DNA of 64,000 bases. Source: Octopus sinensis (taxonomy: Eukaryota). The translations under genes were made by a program, and so were the position numbers. Shown in pieces: positions 1-12,380 of the stretch (the first letter of the stretch is position 1; each line of letters starts with the position of its first letter). The stretch is taken from NCBI RefSeq assembly GCF_006345805.1, contig NC_043004.1, positions 8,370,001 to 8,434,000 on the forward strand, in the 5' to 3' direction. The notes beneath the pieces were generated by a model. That model saw only the letters and a list, made by a program, of their open reading frames with translations. It was not told where the DNA came from and searched no databases.

Positions 1-115
1 AATTGGCTTCGATGGGAGTTGAACTCAGAAGGCGAAGTGTCGTAAAAAATTTCAAAAGTCATTAAACGACTCTGTCAACCCAGAATGATCTCTTCTCTTT
101 GTTTTTTTATCACTT

Positions 116-250
116 CGTCGGTTGCGTCGACGACGGTTCCAGTTGATCCAATCAACATAACAACTTGCTCGTGAAATTAACGGGCAAGTGGCTGAGCACT
201 CCACAGACACGCGGGCCTTCAACGTAGTTCTCAGGGAGATTCAACGCGAC
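116..250 (-). mobile_element. SINE family A, 3' fragment
   Basis: Reverse complement matches the 3' part of the copy at 8501-8869 (gtgtctgtggagtgctcagccactt...aatttcacgagca...gttgatt). Confidence 0.8.
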
Positions 251-380
251 GCCATTCCTAACTATTAACATCTGTTGTCAACCCCAACAACAACGACCAC
301 CACCCTTCACAATACTATCCTAAACTCAAATGTAATAGTCGTACATTTAACTGTACAAATAGGAAAACACCCACCTATCC

Positions 381-473
381 ATCTGTCTGCCTGTCTGTCT
401 GTCTGTCTGTCAATCTATCTAGCGGTCTGTCTATCACGCTGTCTATCTATCTAGCGGTCTGTCTATCACGCTG

Positions 474-551
<78 letters not shown>

Positions 552-573
552 CACCCGTCTATAATTGTGTGTG

Positions 574-605
<32 letters not shown>

Positions 606-655
606 TGTATGTATGTATGTATGTATGTATGTATGTATGTATGTGTGTGTGTGTG
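381..655. repeat. Compound microsatellite (TCTG)n/(TCTA)n/(TATG)n/(TG)n
   Basis: Direct inspection. Confidence 0.95.
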
Positions 656-1509
656 AAACTGGAAACTCCGTACATCACACCCGAAAGCTCTTCCATTCTT
701 GACTTCTAAAACTGTAATTAATTATCGACATGTATTCCAAGAGACAAAAGCTGGTTATCTCTTTGCAGAAGCTTACAGCTAAACAAAATGTCTGTCCCCC
801 TTTGATCTAATAACCAAGAACAACTGAATACAATGAGTTTTGTCATTTGTGCTTGCTCAATTGTTAATAGACTCAGCAGATGTCAGTTAAATATGACGGA
901 AGAAATGTTGGCCAAGTAGAACCCAAATGCCGTTAGAATCGTCTCCTCCTTAGTTTCTATATCTGTCGCGTCGTTGCTGAGTTAGGAAGACCAGCAGAAG
1001 GGTGGAGAATGTTGAGATAAACAGAGTAATAAACGATGAAGACAATACAGAGTTTATTTATTAATTTTTTTTAGTTATTTAGTTATTTAGTTGTATCTTT
1101 TGATTTGAAAACCCGCCGAATTCTGTTTAACCTTTCATTTTGTAGGAGTCGATACATTATTGCTTTGAGTCCAATTAGAAGATTCTATATGTTTGCTTGA
1201 CCTGATAGAAATGGTAATTAAATCTCTTTCAATCACAAGGTATTTCCTCGGAAAAAAAGTGACATTGAATAATGTTATAGGTACAAGAAATGACAAGGTT
1301 GTCACTGCAAGAACGCTTTTGATCATAGTAGTGGCCGATCGGAGCAACAAAAAGAAGAACAACAACAACCCGTAAGACCCAGTCAGGCAGTGGTTCCTTT
1401 CACTCATCTTTTTTCATTTTGTAATCTAATCCTAAACTCAATTTAGTTTTACACGACAAAAAAATGAAGAAAAGGCCGGATTATGGAAATAAAGTCAAAT
1501 ACTTGTTAT

Positions 1510-1650
1510 ATCGGATTCCTGCCGAAATGTTAAACTACGGGGACATAGACAAACCATTACCGGTTGTCAAGCGGTGGTGTGGGACAAAGAAACACACACA
1601 CACACACACACACATACACACACACACACACCACACACACACACACAGAG
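1510..1650 (-). mobile_element. SINE family B, internal fragment
   Basis: Reverse complement reads ttgtcccacaccaccgcttgacaaccggtaatggtttgtctatgtccccgtag, matching family B copies (6598-6990, 60057-60468). Confidence 0.7.
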
Positions 1651-1657
1651 TTATATA

Positions 1658-1890
1658 CTGTAATCCTTTGACTATCGCGGTCGTAACGTTCCAAAACTCT
1701 CCACGATTGGTGAAAATCCGCGAAGCAGAAACAGTACTGCACTTTACTGTACATATATTTTAAAATTATTTTTATAATTTGTATATATATATATATATAT
1801 ATATTATAAATGCAAAACAACACCATGGAGGAATCTGCGTAAGCTTAATAAACCGCGATAGATGAACCGCGATATGGCGAGGGATTACTG
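1658..1890. mobile_element. pogo/Tigger-like MITE (~233 bp)
   Basis: TA-flanked. Left end ctgtaatcctttgactatcgcggt is an imperfect inverted copy of right end accgcgatatggcgagggattactg. Right half recurs at 60480-60597. Confidence 0.7.
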
Positions 1891-2620
1891 TACTATACAT
1901 GGATGTGAGTGCGTTGCAGCGAAGAAAATATTCGTCGGTCAAGACCAATTTCAACAGATATATTGAGCACAACATAAATAAGAATTTCACGATCATTGAA
2001 TAAATATTCGCTCGGCGAACCAAACACAATTGCAGCTATGCATTCAGATTGATACGATTTCCATCAGCATTGATGTCTCACCTTAAACCATTGCTTCGAT
2101 TTACCATTCTAAAACTTTGTTATCAATTCTTATCAAGGAAAAACAAGACTTGACATTTGAAGAGGCCACGTTTTCCCTCACCTGTCTTCCTTTGTATTTT
2201 CCTTGGTATCTTCCTCTAACCTACCTGCCATTCTGCATACATATTCACATCCGGGTTGTACATTTATTTAATGTTCTTCCCACAGATAAAGGGAAATATT
2301 TTACGTTCGCCGCCCGCAAACATCTTTGCCAGTATATATATACCCAGTGAAGCAATATATAAATAAGGCAGTAGAATGGCAGACGGGTTACAGCGTCCCG
2401 GGCCATCAAAGACAAGCCCTGCAATTGGATGAGATCTATCGAAGAGCAACTGAAGTTGGCTGGGTTAATTTAGTTCATGGGGAGGGTAGGTAGGTATTAA
2501 GTGCAGATCATACAAGATTAAAATACTGTTTGTGTCCAGTAAGTCCCTTACAACAATAGGATCATGTGACCCTTCTCACGTCATACATAATTTGCCGAAT
2601 CTCCAAATTTGAATTTTCAG

Positions 2621-2778
2621 GACATTAGGCCTGGGGCGTCGCCGCGGAGGTGCCGAGGACTTGTTGGAGAAATCCATTGTGGGCGTGATGGGTGGCATAA
2701 TCTTAGGCCACCTGTTCGTGGCATGCAATTTCTCCCGTGGCCACCTGGGCGCCGTTAGTGGAGACGAGATGGGTTTGG
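2621..2778 (+). other. Candidate exon (unassigned)
   Basis: GC-rich 158 nt between ttttcag| and |gtgagt. One open frame (TLGLGRRRGGAEDLLEKSIVGVMGGIILGHLFVACNFSRGHLGAVSGDEMGL). Product not recognised. Confidence 0.25.
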
Positions 2779-2946
2779 GTGAGTGACCTGTTTCTTTCAT
2801 GTATCTAGTTCAACGTTTGGATCGTCTTTCTGGGTCGATATATTTTCTTCTGCTGGCTGGCTTTGTTTCTCCTTGTTTTCTATCTTGGTCTCGGTTGCCT
2901 GACGCACCCTCCTCTATTTACTATAAACATATTATTGAGTCTATAT

Positions 2947-3125
2947 GAATGTATGTATGTATGTATGTATGTATGTATGTATGTATGTATGTATGTATGT
3001 ATGTATGTATGTACGTACGTACGTATGTATGTATATATGTATGTATGTATGTACGTATGTACGTACGTATGTATGTATGTATGTATGTATGTATGTATGT
3101 ATGTATGTATGTGTGTGTGTATGTG
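2947..3125. repeat. (TATG)n/(TACG)n microsatellite
   Basis: Direct inspection. Confidence 0.95.
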
Positions 3126-3760
3126 TTTGAGAGTGTGTCCTGTGTGTACATATGCACACATGAATACACCCGCCCACACACACGCACAAACACACTTCTG
3201 GTAAGGTTAACAGGTGCACGCAATTCCTTTTGCCCAGTGAACATGTTTTGACGGAATAATATTTCGACTCCTTTCAAGTCAATCACTTTTAAAGAGGTTT
3301 ACTGTTTTCTTTCCACTCAACTGTAGAATGTTCTAGGTGTCTTTCCTTTGTAAATAGACCCATTTAGGGCTTATCCTATTTTTCTTTTCCCTATTTTTCT
3401 TAATTTAAATGTTTATATTTTTGTTTTGTGTTTAATTCTGTTTTTTGTTGTTGTTGTTGTTGTTATAGTCGACGTTGATCTTGTCGTACACATATTTATT
3501 GATGTTATCGTTCTTCATCTTCGTCGTCGTTGTTGTTGTTGTTGTTGTTTCTGCCATCGCTGGATATGTTTTTTGCTGGTAATTGACTTCCTTGATGACA
3601 GATGTTAATGAAATTGTATTTAGTTTTAAGGTCGATCAATGGAACTAATTAGAAAACGATTTTTGCCTAATAACAATTTTTCGTTCGTTTGTTTTTAATA
3701 TTTTTTTTTTCACGTTTCAATCGTTCATTGATTTCTGGCGAATCTCTTAAGATGCCCCAC

Positions 3761-4308
3761 TTTCAGGGATCGGAAATCAAATTTTATGATCTTTGAGCCC
3801 CTCCTGTATTATAATCACCGTGATTTGGTGACACCATTCGCATGGAAGAACTAGAAGTTCAGTTAGTATATTTAATGTAAGGAGGATTCAAAGACAAGCC
3901 AGAAACAATTATGCACTGAAAAAAGTACAGTATACAGTATAGGCGCAGGCGTGGCTGTGTGGTAAGAAGTTTGCTTTCAGACCACATGGTTCCAAGTTCA
4001 ATCCCACGGCATGGTACCCTGGGTAAGTGTCTTCTTTCAGGGATCGGAAATCAAATTTTATGATCTTTGAGCCCCTCCTGTATTAGAATCACCGTGATTT
4101 GGTGACACCATTCGCATGGAAGAACTAGAAGTTCAGTTAGTATATTTAATGTAAGGAGGATTCAAAGACAAGCCAGAAACAATTATGCACTGAAAAAAGT
4201 ACAGTATACAGTATAGGCGCAGGCGTGGCTGTGTGGTAAGAAGTTTGCTTTCAGACCACATGGTTCCAAGTTCAATCCCACGGCATGGTACCCTGGGTAA
4301 GTGTCTTC
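3761..4308. repeat. 274-bp near-perfect tandem duplication
   Basis: 3761-4034 is repeated at 4035-4308. One mismatch seen (tattataatc vs tattagaatc). Confidence 0.95.
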
Positions 4309-4590
4309 TTCTGTAGTCTCGGGCCGACCAAAGCTCCTTGTGAATGGATTTGGTAGACGGTGTGTGCATGTGTGTTGGTATGTGTGTGTGTATCTGTGTC
4401 TATGTTTGTCACCCAACACCGCTTGACAACCGGTGTTGGTGAGTTTACGTCACCGTAACCTAGCGGCTCGGAAAAGGAGGACGATAAAATAAATACGTGG
4501 CCTAAAACAACTAAATGTTCTTCAATGCAGTGCCCCAGCATGGCCTCAGTGAAATGATTGAAACAAATAAAAGATAAAAGCTAAAAAGAT
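4215..4590 (+). mobile_element. SINE family B, full length (head also duplicated at 3941-4034)
   Basis: tRNA-like head (gtggctgtgtggtaagaag...gttcaatcc), ccctgggtaagtgtctt core, internal GT tract, tail ccccagcatggcc...gaaacaaataaaagataaaag. Confidence 0.85.
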
Positions 4591-4698
4591 ATTAATTAAC
4601 GTCTAACATGGACAGCCAGCTTCTTTACGCCAACAAAGGAACAACCTTGGACATTTATAAAATGAGTTCTTCATTTTGGAAAGTACACTGGAATTAAT

Positions 4699-4742
4699 GC
4701 TTTGCTGATGAGGTCAGAATAAGACTAAAGCATGTACGAAGC
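4699..4742 (+). ncRNA. Decayed type I hammerhead-like motif
   Basis: Stem I gctttg/cgaagc, CUGAUGA, stem II ggtc/gact. GAAA core damaged (aaag), then catgUA. Confidence 0.5.
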
Positions 4743-5336
4743 TGTCTTCTCTACATGATAGAAAAATGAAACCGATTTACTTCCTTGTCTAATAGCTTTT
4801 TTTCTTTCTTACAACTATCAATATTTCTAGTGAGCTTTTGTAAGCATTCTGCGTTAAATATGTAACATGTTTACCTCGAATAAGTGAGTGAATATAAACG
4901 ATTCCTAGAAAATTGGTCTTCGACGAAACCTGGTCCAGGTATTTCGTTTTGTTTTTGGAAAAGGTACTTAATTGTTTACACCTCACTTAAGAGATAGGTT
5001 TTGTATCAATTTCGACTAATGAATTCTTCGTCCGATAAACGGAATCAGCAGCTAATTTGCATTTACCAAATAAAAGAGATTGCAGAATGCAGATCTGTTT
5101 TGATACCCGACTTATGCGGACATTGATACGATAATACAAATTTGTTAAGATAACCATAACAATGTGTATGCGTTTGCGTTTAGTATGCTTGTGTGTACGT
5201 GTGCGAACTCGTGCGCGTGTGTGTGTGCCTGTGTGTGTGTGCGTGCATGTGCATGCTTGTGTGCGTGTGTCTGTGAGTGCGTGTGCGTGCTCATGTGTGT
5301 GTGTGTGTATTTATATATACATATATTAAGACGGAA

Positions 5337-5560
5337 AGCTGGCAGAATCGTTAGCACACCGGGCGAAATGCTTAGCAATATTTCGTCTGCCGTTACGTTC
5401 TGAGTTCAAATTCCACCGAGGTTAACCTTGCCCTTTCATCCTTTCGGGGTCAATTAAATAAGTACCAGTTACGTACTGTGGTCGATGTAATCGACTTGTT
5501 CCCTTTGTCTGTCCTTGTTTGCCCTCTATGTTTAGTCCCCTGTGAGCAATAAAGAAATAT
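5337..5560 (+). mobile_element. SINE family C
   Basis: agctggcagaatcgttagcac...gttcaaattcc...gccctttcatcctttcggggtc...aagtaccag; same family as 58765-58957. Confidence 0.85.
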
Positions 5561-5589
5561 ACATTTATATATGTGTGTATGGATGTGTG

Positions 5590-5805
5590 TGTGTCTTTGT
5601 GCTTCGTTTATCCCCCATCTCTGTTTGACAACCAGTGTTGGTGTGTTTACGTCGCCGTAACCTAGCGGTTCCGATAGAATAATGACTAGGCTTTAAAAAT
5701 TAAGTCCGGGGTCGATCTGTTCGACTAAAACCTTTCAAGGCGGTACTCCAGCATGGCCGCAGTTAAATGGTTGAAACAAGTAAAAGAGTAAAAGAGTAAA
5801 AGAGA
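5590..5805 (+). mobile_element. SINE family B, 3' half
   Basis: tttgacaaccagtgttggtgtgtttacgtcgccgtaacctagcggt...ccagcatggccgcag...(gtaaaaga)n tail. Confidence 0.85.
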
Positions 5806-6169
5806 ATATATGAAATGTCAAATCTTAAAGATTTGTGTTAAAATGCAGTTAACTAAAAAAAAAAAAAGACAAATGACAACATCACGGATGAAGGTAGAGA
5901 TTGGAACGGAGCGGGGGAAATATAGAAAAGGAGTTCAAATAATGAAAACAAAAAGGACGAAAATCACAATCAGGTTTTCCGATAAACCGATTTATCCTCG
6001 ATGTCATAGTATAGCGTATAAAGGCGCAAATATAGAAGGGAAGGTTTTGACACATCGTAAGGTTATACTGAGGGATAAATCCCCGAGTTTAGTTGGGGGT
6101 TCAGAGTAAATTATATTGACTGTATTACACGGCTATTATTTTATCGGACCCCACTAAGTGTTGAGGTGA

Positions 6170-6410
6170 CGGCGCGTGGCCTCATGATTAAAGTTTTGCA
6201 CTCACAGCCCCATGGTCGTGGTTTCGATTCCTGAACTGGGCTGTTCGTGGTGTTCTTGCGTAAAACCCTACAGACCACTCAGCTGTAAATGAGTAACCAC
6301 CCCGTGACGGACTGGCGTTCCTGAACTGAGGGATGGGGTGTTGTCGTCTCGTTCACTTATATGCTATGAAAACCAGGCAAGCACAGTCTCACGCAGTTTG
6401 AGATTCGAGG
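6170..6410 (+). mobile_element. Degenerate tRNA-headed SINE (family D)
   Basis: A-box-like gtggcctcatgattaa, B-box-like gtttcgattcc, then ccactcagctgtaaatgagta...gacggactggcgt. Confidence 0.5.
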
Positions 6411-6597
6411 CTGTACTTAGCAGAAATGAATAGAAAATTCGATCTGATGGGATTTGAAATCAGAACCTAAAGCAACTTAACTAAATACTCCGAGTAACTT
6501 TCTCAGATACTCCATCAATCCTGTTAATCAACGCATTCCTTTCATATCTTATAATTGATATTATCGATGCTTAATAAAACCAATCTGAATGTAACAC

Positions 6598-6990
6598 AGG
6601 CGCGGGTGTGGTTGCGTGGTAAGAAGCTTTCTTCCCAACCACATGGTTCAGGGTTCAGGCCCACTGCGTGACACCTTGGGCAAGTGTCTTCAGGCCGACC
6701 AAAGCCTTGTGCGTAGATTTGGTATGCGGAGACTGAAAGAAGCCCATCGTATATATATGTTTGTATGTGTGTATGTGTGTGTGTGTGTGTGTATTTGTCC
6801 CCCACCATCGCTTGACAACCAGTGTTGGTGTGTTTACGTTCCCGTAACCTAGCGGTTCGGCAAAAGAGATGATAGAATTACCAGGCTTACAAATAGTAAG
6901 TAGTGTGGTCGATTTCTTGTTCGACTAAAAGACGGTGCTCCAGCATGGCCACAGCAGTCAAAATGACTGAAACACGTAAAAGAATAAAAG
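6598..6990 (+). mobile_element. SINE family B, full length
   Basis: Head, ccttgggcaagtgtctt core, GT tract and tail collinear with 60057-60468. Confidence 0.9.
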
Positions 6991-8500
6991 TATAAGATAT
7001 AACAAAATAAAATATAACAAAATAAAATGTGTATTTTATTTTGTTTGTTCATTTGGATTCTATTGCTGAGAAAAACCAACGCAAAACCAGAGATAAAAGT
7101 TTCTTTTTATAGCTTATATTTACAGAAGAGATTTAAGGGTGAGGTATGATAAAAATTATCAAAACAGAGTTGACCACTCCCATGAAGATGATAGAATGGA
7201 GAATAAAATGAAAGAAAGACAAGAAAAACGCACACAACAAGATGTTGTTTTGTCGATTTTGTGTTGACGTCGCCGCAATCATCACAGTTACTAATGGCAG
7301 TTTGGTCCAGATCGACTCTGTTATAGTTTTCGTTTTTGGTGATGGCTAAATGAAAGTGAGAGAGAAAAGAGACGAGTGATAGGAATATTTTGGCGAACAA
7401 CTCGAGCTGTCAGCAGAACAGCTTTAAATGAAGTGAGAAAGACAAATCCGTGCTGTCAGAGTTTCCACAGAAGTCAGCTGAAGTTTTCCTATCATTCGTC
7501 TCTTCTCGTATGGTAGACAGTTGTTTTTATCAGAGTGTAAAACATCAATAGCAATCAGTCGAGGCCTTTTACGGAGTTATCTACCGGAGTGTCTTTGAAA
7601 GAGAAACAAAAACACACATGGCAATGCATGCGTGAGTGTGGGATGTGAAGAATTTATCTCTATATTTGTGTATGTATATACATGTGTATGCGTAGAGTGG
7701 GGTCGCTGTATACAAACAAAATCGGTTCCGGGGGCCCGTTCGTTAACTAAATTGATCGTGAACCATTGAAATACATATAATCAGGAGTGTCCGGTTCTAA
7801 ACCACACTCATACACCACATAAATGTATGAAACGATGTTGTATTTGTCCATCTATCAGTAACAAATACATAAAAATACTTGTATCTGCATATTTGCATGT
7901 ATATACATGTATGTATGTATGTATGTATGTATGTATGTATGTATGTATGTATGTATGTATGTATGTATGTATGTCAATGTTTGTTTTTATGCTCAGTTAT
8001 AACAGATAAAAAAAAAGAATTTACATTAATCTGATGGGTCATTCTATACTTTTGTAGAGTACAAATTTATCGTTCTTAAACAAGAATGTTGTTGACAGGG
8101 ACTTCGAAGTTTCAGCTAGCTAAGCAAGTGTCGTGTATATATGTGTATAAGTAATGTGTGTATGTGTGTGAGTGAGTGCGTGCACGTTTGCCCGTTGTCA
8201 TGTCTCAACCGATCTATGGTTATGGATTTAACCAAAAATATGAAGAACATTGGGTGAGGTATATTGCTATTTTCTATATAAAACGCGAAAACCTGTGAGC
8301 TACATGAATGTTAACGAACCATGTGTACCCAGTCGCTCTTGCAGCACTTCAACGTGTGTCTAGTCTAATCGTGTTTTTTTTGGTCAAATTTCCTCTCGCT
8401 TAGCAAATAGACTCTTTGTCACTTATGTGCATACGCCGTCTGCTCGTGGTTCGTTGATCAAATTTGATCTTGTTACGAGAGTTTCATTTACTGGGAGTGT

Positions 8501-8869
8501 GGAGGCGCAATGGCCCAGTGGTTAGGGCAGCGGATCGCGGTTTCGATTCCCAGACCGGGCGTTGTGGGTGTTTATTGAGCGAAAACACCTAAAAGCTCCA
8601 CGAGGCTCCGGTAGAGGATGGTGGTGATCCCTGCTGTACTCTTTCACCACATCTTTCTCTCACTCTTACTTTCTGTTTCTGTTGTACCTGTATTTCAAGG
8701 AGCCGGCCTTGTCACTCTCTGTGTCACGCTGAATATCCCCGAGAACTACGTTAAGGGTGCACGTGTCTGTGGAGTGCTCAGCCACTTACACGTTAATTTC
8801 ACGAGCAGGCTGTTCCGTTGATTCGGATCAACCGGAACCCTCATCGACGTAACCGACGGAGTGCTTCCA
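8501..8869 (+). mobile_element. SINE family A, full length
   Basis: tRNA-like head ggaggcgcaatggcccagtggttagggcagcgg...gtttcgattccc; collinear with 17050-17414. Confidence 0.9.
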
Positions 8870-9139
8870 TGCATATACTGGGAAAAGCCATTCATTATTT
8901 ACCTTCATGTTTTCACGACAAGTGTGCTACCATTACACCAACGTACCCCTCGCTTATTTCCGTTAAATTTAAGAACTATACTTTTATACTTTTATAGTAT
9001 TGTTTTTATAAACAACATACATGTGCGTTTTCTGCGGGAAAATTGCAGGTGAAGGCCAGGGTGGATTCTGTGAACTTTCAGGACAAGGGACCAGGAAACT
9101 ATGCTGGTTCTGTGGAGAACATCTGTTCTCACCCGTTAG

Positions 9140-9335
9140 AGCGACGGGAGAAATAATTAGCCGTATTTCGCCTGTCTTTACGTTCTGCGTTCAAGTGACG
9201 CAGTGTCGGCTCTCCCTTTCATCCGTTTTGGAGCCGATAAAAAAAGGGACCAGTTTAGCACTGGGTTCAGTGGAATCAGTTTACATCCTCCACCGAAATT
9301 GCTAGCCTTGTACCAAAACTTGAAACTAATAAAGA
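9140..9335 (+). mobile_element. SINE family C, degenerate
   Basis: gtatttcgcctgtctttacgttctg...ctttcatcc...gataaaa...accagtt. Confidence 0.6.
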
Positions 9336-9399
9336 TAGTATGAATGGCGGATCACTAAAATTGGAAAAGTGATATAAATGTAAAAGTTGTTGTTTCTGC

Positions 9400-9525
<126 letters not shown>

Positions 9526-9535
9526 GTGTGTGTGT

Positions 9536-9569
<34 letters not shown>

Positions 9570-9924
9570 TATGTATTTATGTAGGTATGTATATATTTGT
9601 GTGTATACGAGTAAGTCGACAGACAAAAGAAAGAAGCACTCAACACAATTGTTAGGGGTATATATATATATATTATTGGTTCATAAAAAGTTTGTGTGTG
9701 TATGAATGCACATCTGCATGTGTACACACATACACGCACACGCACAAACACACACACATACACGTATATATATACACACACGCACTCACCTTCTGTGTAG
9801 TTTTTCTTGATACTGCCTTGCTGTGTTTCACTGTCCGCCACGCATTTTCTTCATAATAATAAATAAAATAATACTAAAACTAATGGATTCAAACGAGGCC
9901 CGCAGTTATCGAGGGACGGAAGAA

Positions 9925-9995
9925 GTAGTTTACATCGACCTCAATACTTGAAGGGTACTTATTTTATCGACCCCGAAAGGATGAAAGGCAAAGGA
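9925..9995 (-). mobile_element. SINE family C core fragment
   Basis: ggtacttattttatcgaccccgaaaggatgaaaggcaaag is the reverse complement of the family C core. Confidence 0.8.
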
Positions 9996-11555
9996 TAGGG
10001 AAGAGGAAGACGACGACAATAGTTTATTGTACACTAAAGAAATATTCGTCTCTTGTTATTCGTTGGCTTTGCCCCCCCCCCCCCCCCAAAGATAATTCCC
10101 CGGCTACAATGAGACAAAAACATCGCACCAGGATCCCTGACAGGAAATATTTTGCTTAATTTCACAGACTTTCTCGCCAACCATAAACAACAGCATTCTG
10201 GACCTCTTTTTTTCTCTTTTAATTATCGCAAAAGTCATGCAATGCAAAGCCGATTCCAACCATTATCTTTAAACACAACAGATAAATTAACATTGTCAGG
10301 GAGCATTGAGCTTAGCTTTCTATAAAAATATATAAATAAATAAGATGCAACACTCTAGAACTTTCTAAGCTGACTTTCCAAAAGACTCAATGGAAATCAG
10401 TTCAGACATCTGTGAGTAAAAGTGGTTCCACCCCCGCCACCCGCGTCCGAAATAATACAACATAAGAAATTGATGTCAAAAACGCTTGCTTTATGCATTT
10501 AGTGTATTCCAAAGAGTATTGGCGATGACGTTCACAAAAATATCATGTGTAGGGAAGGGAACATTCTCATGAGACAAAGAGCGGAATTGTAAATGAATAG
10601 GAAAAAACATACAGTCAAAAGGTCAGTCATAGATGTATTGAAAATATATTAAGGGACTCTCATGAAGATGACGAGGCAACAAAAAAAATATGGAATGTAG
10701 AAAACAGGAACCAATCCCAAAGTTTCCTACAGATTTCCACTAAGTTTCCACAGAGAAACTGAGACTTTACAACGCAAAACAACGCCGTTATTTGAAGAAG
10801 GTGGATCACTCACAGCAGACCTCATGATGTAATTAAAAAACAACGAACGAATATGTGTGTGACGCTATTTTTATCATCACAAATGCAAAAAGCGTTCTTC
10901 GACTCTGCTAATTAGCAGCAGACACTGGACAATTAATAACATTGATGTAAAATATAATGAAGGAGCAGCATATGTGTAGTGAGGCTGAACGGGGGAGCAC
11001 AGGCTGGGGGTTTCCTCAACAGATCTAAAGATTTGCATAAAAGATCCCAACCAAATGACTTTAGTTAAACAAAATTAAAGTTTGAATGAAAAGCAGATCC
11101 GATAATGTAAACTTTATCGGTCGCACACACGTTGTGTTCGTAGGTCAGTTTAGTGCGTCCTGCGAAGAATTCATACACGATGTCGGCGGTTAAAGAACGC
11201 TGAATGTTTCAGATCAGGCAGGACAATTCGGCCGAAGTATTCGATATCGATAGACACCGATACTTCGCGATCGGTTTTGCTCATCGATATCGAATACTCG
11301 ATTCATCTCGACACAAAATGAATCACTTGTCAGAGACGTATATGCAAATTATGTAAACTCTAGTTGTTGGTGTGCAGTGCTCACCACAAGGCAAACGACC
11401 TGAAATTTCGAATTAAAATCAGCAAATTCGGCCTATAAACGAAACACATACAAATATACAAATGAACGACCGTCAATGTAAATATTATGAGAGCTGCTGG
11501 TAATTTTAAATTCAATTTTGCTTAACTAAAGTTATATAGGCATACATACGTACAC

Positions 11556-11594
<39 letters not shown>

Positions 11595-11751
11595 TATATA
11601 TATATAACAACCACGTGTGTATAAACAAGCTTAGATTTGTTTTCTTTTAGAAGCGTCGAATATGTATCGTACGATACAGACAAAAAGGTGATATTTCGAA
11701 AGCAGTATCGCCGTGTGTTTATATATGTATGTATGTATCTGTATGTATGTA

Positions 11752-11805
<54 letters not shown>

Positions 11806-11808
11806 GTA

Positions 11809-11883
<75 letters not shown>

Positions 11884-12380
11884 TATATATCTATATATAT
11901 ATATAATATATATATAATATATATATACATGTATTTGTGGATATATACTTATATATATATATATGTATATGTATATATAATATATGTATGTATATATTAA
12001 ACCTCGCTAAGATAAGTATTATTTATATTTAAGATCTTCAAATTGTAAATTTTAATATTGTATAAGTCTTTGGTGTAATAATATTTTCCTTATGTAAATA
12101 TCGTTGTTTATGTAATGATCTAATTATCGTAATTTTCTATATTATTAGATATTAAATTTAAGTTTATTCGTAAGATACTACTTAGCGATAGATTTGTTAT
12201 TTGATAGCAAGCATACGAGGTGTATTAAGTTAGGCTTTTGTATATACATGTTTTAATAGTATTAATTGTAGTTTTAAATTTATAATTAAATTAGATAAAC
12301 TTTGATAAACTTAGATATGTTTCGACTAAAGATTGGTCCAGGCCATGTCTAATTTAATAGCATAACTTAGTTATTTCTTT

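Noticed and set aside
8501-8575. tRNA genes at SINE heads (also 17340-17414, 21795-21870, 60395-60468)
   Set aside because: A/B boxes are present but they run into shared SINE bodies and lack clean cloverleaves.
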